Below, in pieces: positions 62,838 to 64,000 of a stretch of 64,000 bases of DNA (position 1 is the stretch's first letter; each line of letters begins with the position of its first letter). The notes under the pieces are model-generated. The model was not told the origin of the DNA. It did no database searches and saw nothing but the letters and a program-made list of their open reading frames with translations. Origin of the DNA: Candidatus Eiseniibacteriota bacterium (GTDB lineage: Bacteria > Eisenbacteria > RBG-16-71-46 > CAZEPH01); assembly GCA_044229145.1 (NCBI GenBank), contig JBGATO010000013.1, forward strand, positions 1 through 64,000, in the 5' to 3' direction. The position numbers were made by a program, and so were the translations under genes.

Positions 62838-64000
62838 GCCGTCCCGACGTCACCGCGCTGGACACCGCGCTGCGCGCCGCCGTGCGCGCGGCGCTTCCCG
62901 CTTCCGGCGAAGGGCCGCTCGGCGTCTTCCTGACGTCCGGCTTCGCCTCCGGTACGTTGCTGGCGATGGCGCGCGCCGAAACCGACGCGCCGCTGCACAC
63001 CTACCTTCTGCGCTTCGACGAGAGCACGCCCTCCTCCGACTTCGCCTACGCCGCGCGGCTCGCGCGCCGCTTCGGCGCCACGCATCAGGAGATCATGGTG
63101 CCGGCGCGCGCGGTGGCGGCGGCGCTCCCGTCGATCATCGCCTCGACATCGACTGGCTTGTGCGACTCGCGCACGGTGGCGGCGTCATTGCTCGGATGGT
63201 ACGCGGCGCGCGACGGTGTCCGGTGGATGGCTGGCGCCGGCGCGCTGTCTGCCGACACGCGCGCGCTCGCCGAGCACGCCACCGAAGTCGGCGAGATCCT
63301 CGGCGACGATCTGTCGATTCCCGGCATGCGCGTGCCGCGCCGCGCACCTCTGCACGACGAGCGCGACACGCGCGTGCGGGCGTGGCAGGCGGTGGCCGCC
63401 GCGCGCGGTGCGCAGGTCGCGCTTCCCTTCACCGAGGACGCCGTGCGCGGTGCGTGGCCCGCCGATCGTGCGCGGGCGCTGCGTGCGCTCGCCGCACGCT
63501 GGCTGCCCGGCGAGGTGGTGCGCCGCGTGCCCGAACCGGCGGACGTTCCGCTGCGCGAGTGGCTGTGCGCGGCGATGGCGCGCCCCGAGTGGCAAGTGTG
63601 GACGGAAGCGTTTTGCAAGACCGGCTCGCAGGCCTACGCCGCGGTGCGCGATCCACGACACGCGCCGGCGGAGTCGGTGGTGGTGGCGTGGCATCTGCTG
63701 TGTCTCGTGCTGCGCAATCGCTATGCGGAGTCGCGCGACCACGCGTGGGCCACGCCGCCGGAGTTGCCGGTGGCGCGGTCGATCGTCGCGGCGCCGCCGC
63801 GCCCGGTGCGCGCCGCCGCTGACACGACGACCCGCGTGCGCGGGCGTGCCAAGCCCGTGGTGCTCATCGTCGGCCCGCTGCCGCCACCGCTCGGTGGCGT
63901 GCAAATCGCCAACGAACTGCTGTTGCTCTCCTCGCTCGCCGACGACGTCGACTTCCACATCGTCGACACGTCGAAGAAGCGCCTGCGATGGGCGGTCGAG
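62834..64000 (+). CDS. Degenerate asparagine-synthase C-terminal-like domain fused to a glycosyltransferase N-terminus (partial, runs off window)
   Basis: My translation from GTG 62834 (GTGA overlap): PLGVFLTSGFAS..PLHTY..AARLARRFGATHQEI..LPF..VPLREWL, then VLIVGPLPPPLGGVQ; no stop before the window end. Confidence 0.7.
   Translation, partial: MSRPDVTALDTALRAAVRAALPASGEGPLGVFLTSGFASGTLLAMARAETDAPLHTYLLRFDESTPSSDFAYAARLARRFGATHQEIMVPARAVAAALPSIIASTSTGLCDSRTVAASLLGWYAARDGVRWMAGAGALSADTRALAEHATEVGEILGDDLSIPGMRVPRRAPLHDERDTRVRAWQAVAAARGAQVALPFTEDAVRGAWPADRARALRALAARWLPGEVVRRVPEPADVPLREWLCAAMARPEWQVWTEAFCKTGSQAYAAVRDPRHAPAESVVVAWHLLCLVLRNRYAESRDHAWATPPELPVARSIVAAPPRPVRAAADTTTRVRGRAKPVVLIVGPLPPPLGGVQIANELLLLSSLADDVDFHIVDTSKKRLRWAVE

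Overview
A very GC-rich bacterial chromosomal window with about 36 genes. Four large secreted proteins end in a FlgD-Ig/CTD-like tail, which suggests a lineage such as Ca. Eisenbacteria or another FCB-related group (inference only). Housekeeping genes include leuS, lon, a PpiD/SurA-like chaperone, a long GreA-domain protein, a DapA-family aldolase and proline dehydrogenase. Signalling genes include two diguanylate cyclases, a hybrid histidine kinase and a HAMP-PP2C phosphatase. Surface-polysaccharide genes include a GT4, a CapK-like ligase, AsnB, a bi-domain oxidoreductase and a degenerate AsnB-GT fusion. The best candidate for an undescribed system is a three-gene module at 56253-60455: a SLOG plus 4-TM (SLATT-like) protein, translationally coupled to a TIR-TolB-like-TPR protein, followed by a small orphan protein. 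It resembles a Thoeris-like nucleotide-signalling immunity system with an unusual architecture. Other notable items are an unannotated 33-aa ORF with RBS and terminator, several apparently leaderless genes, and a HExxH protein with a clamp-binding-like motif. I recognised no rRNA, tRNA, CRISPR array or transposase. All calls come from reading motifs by eye; no database search was run.
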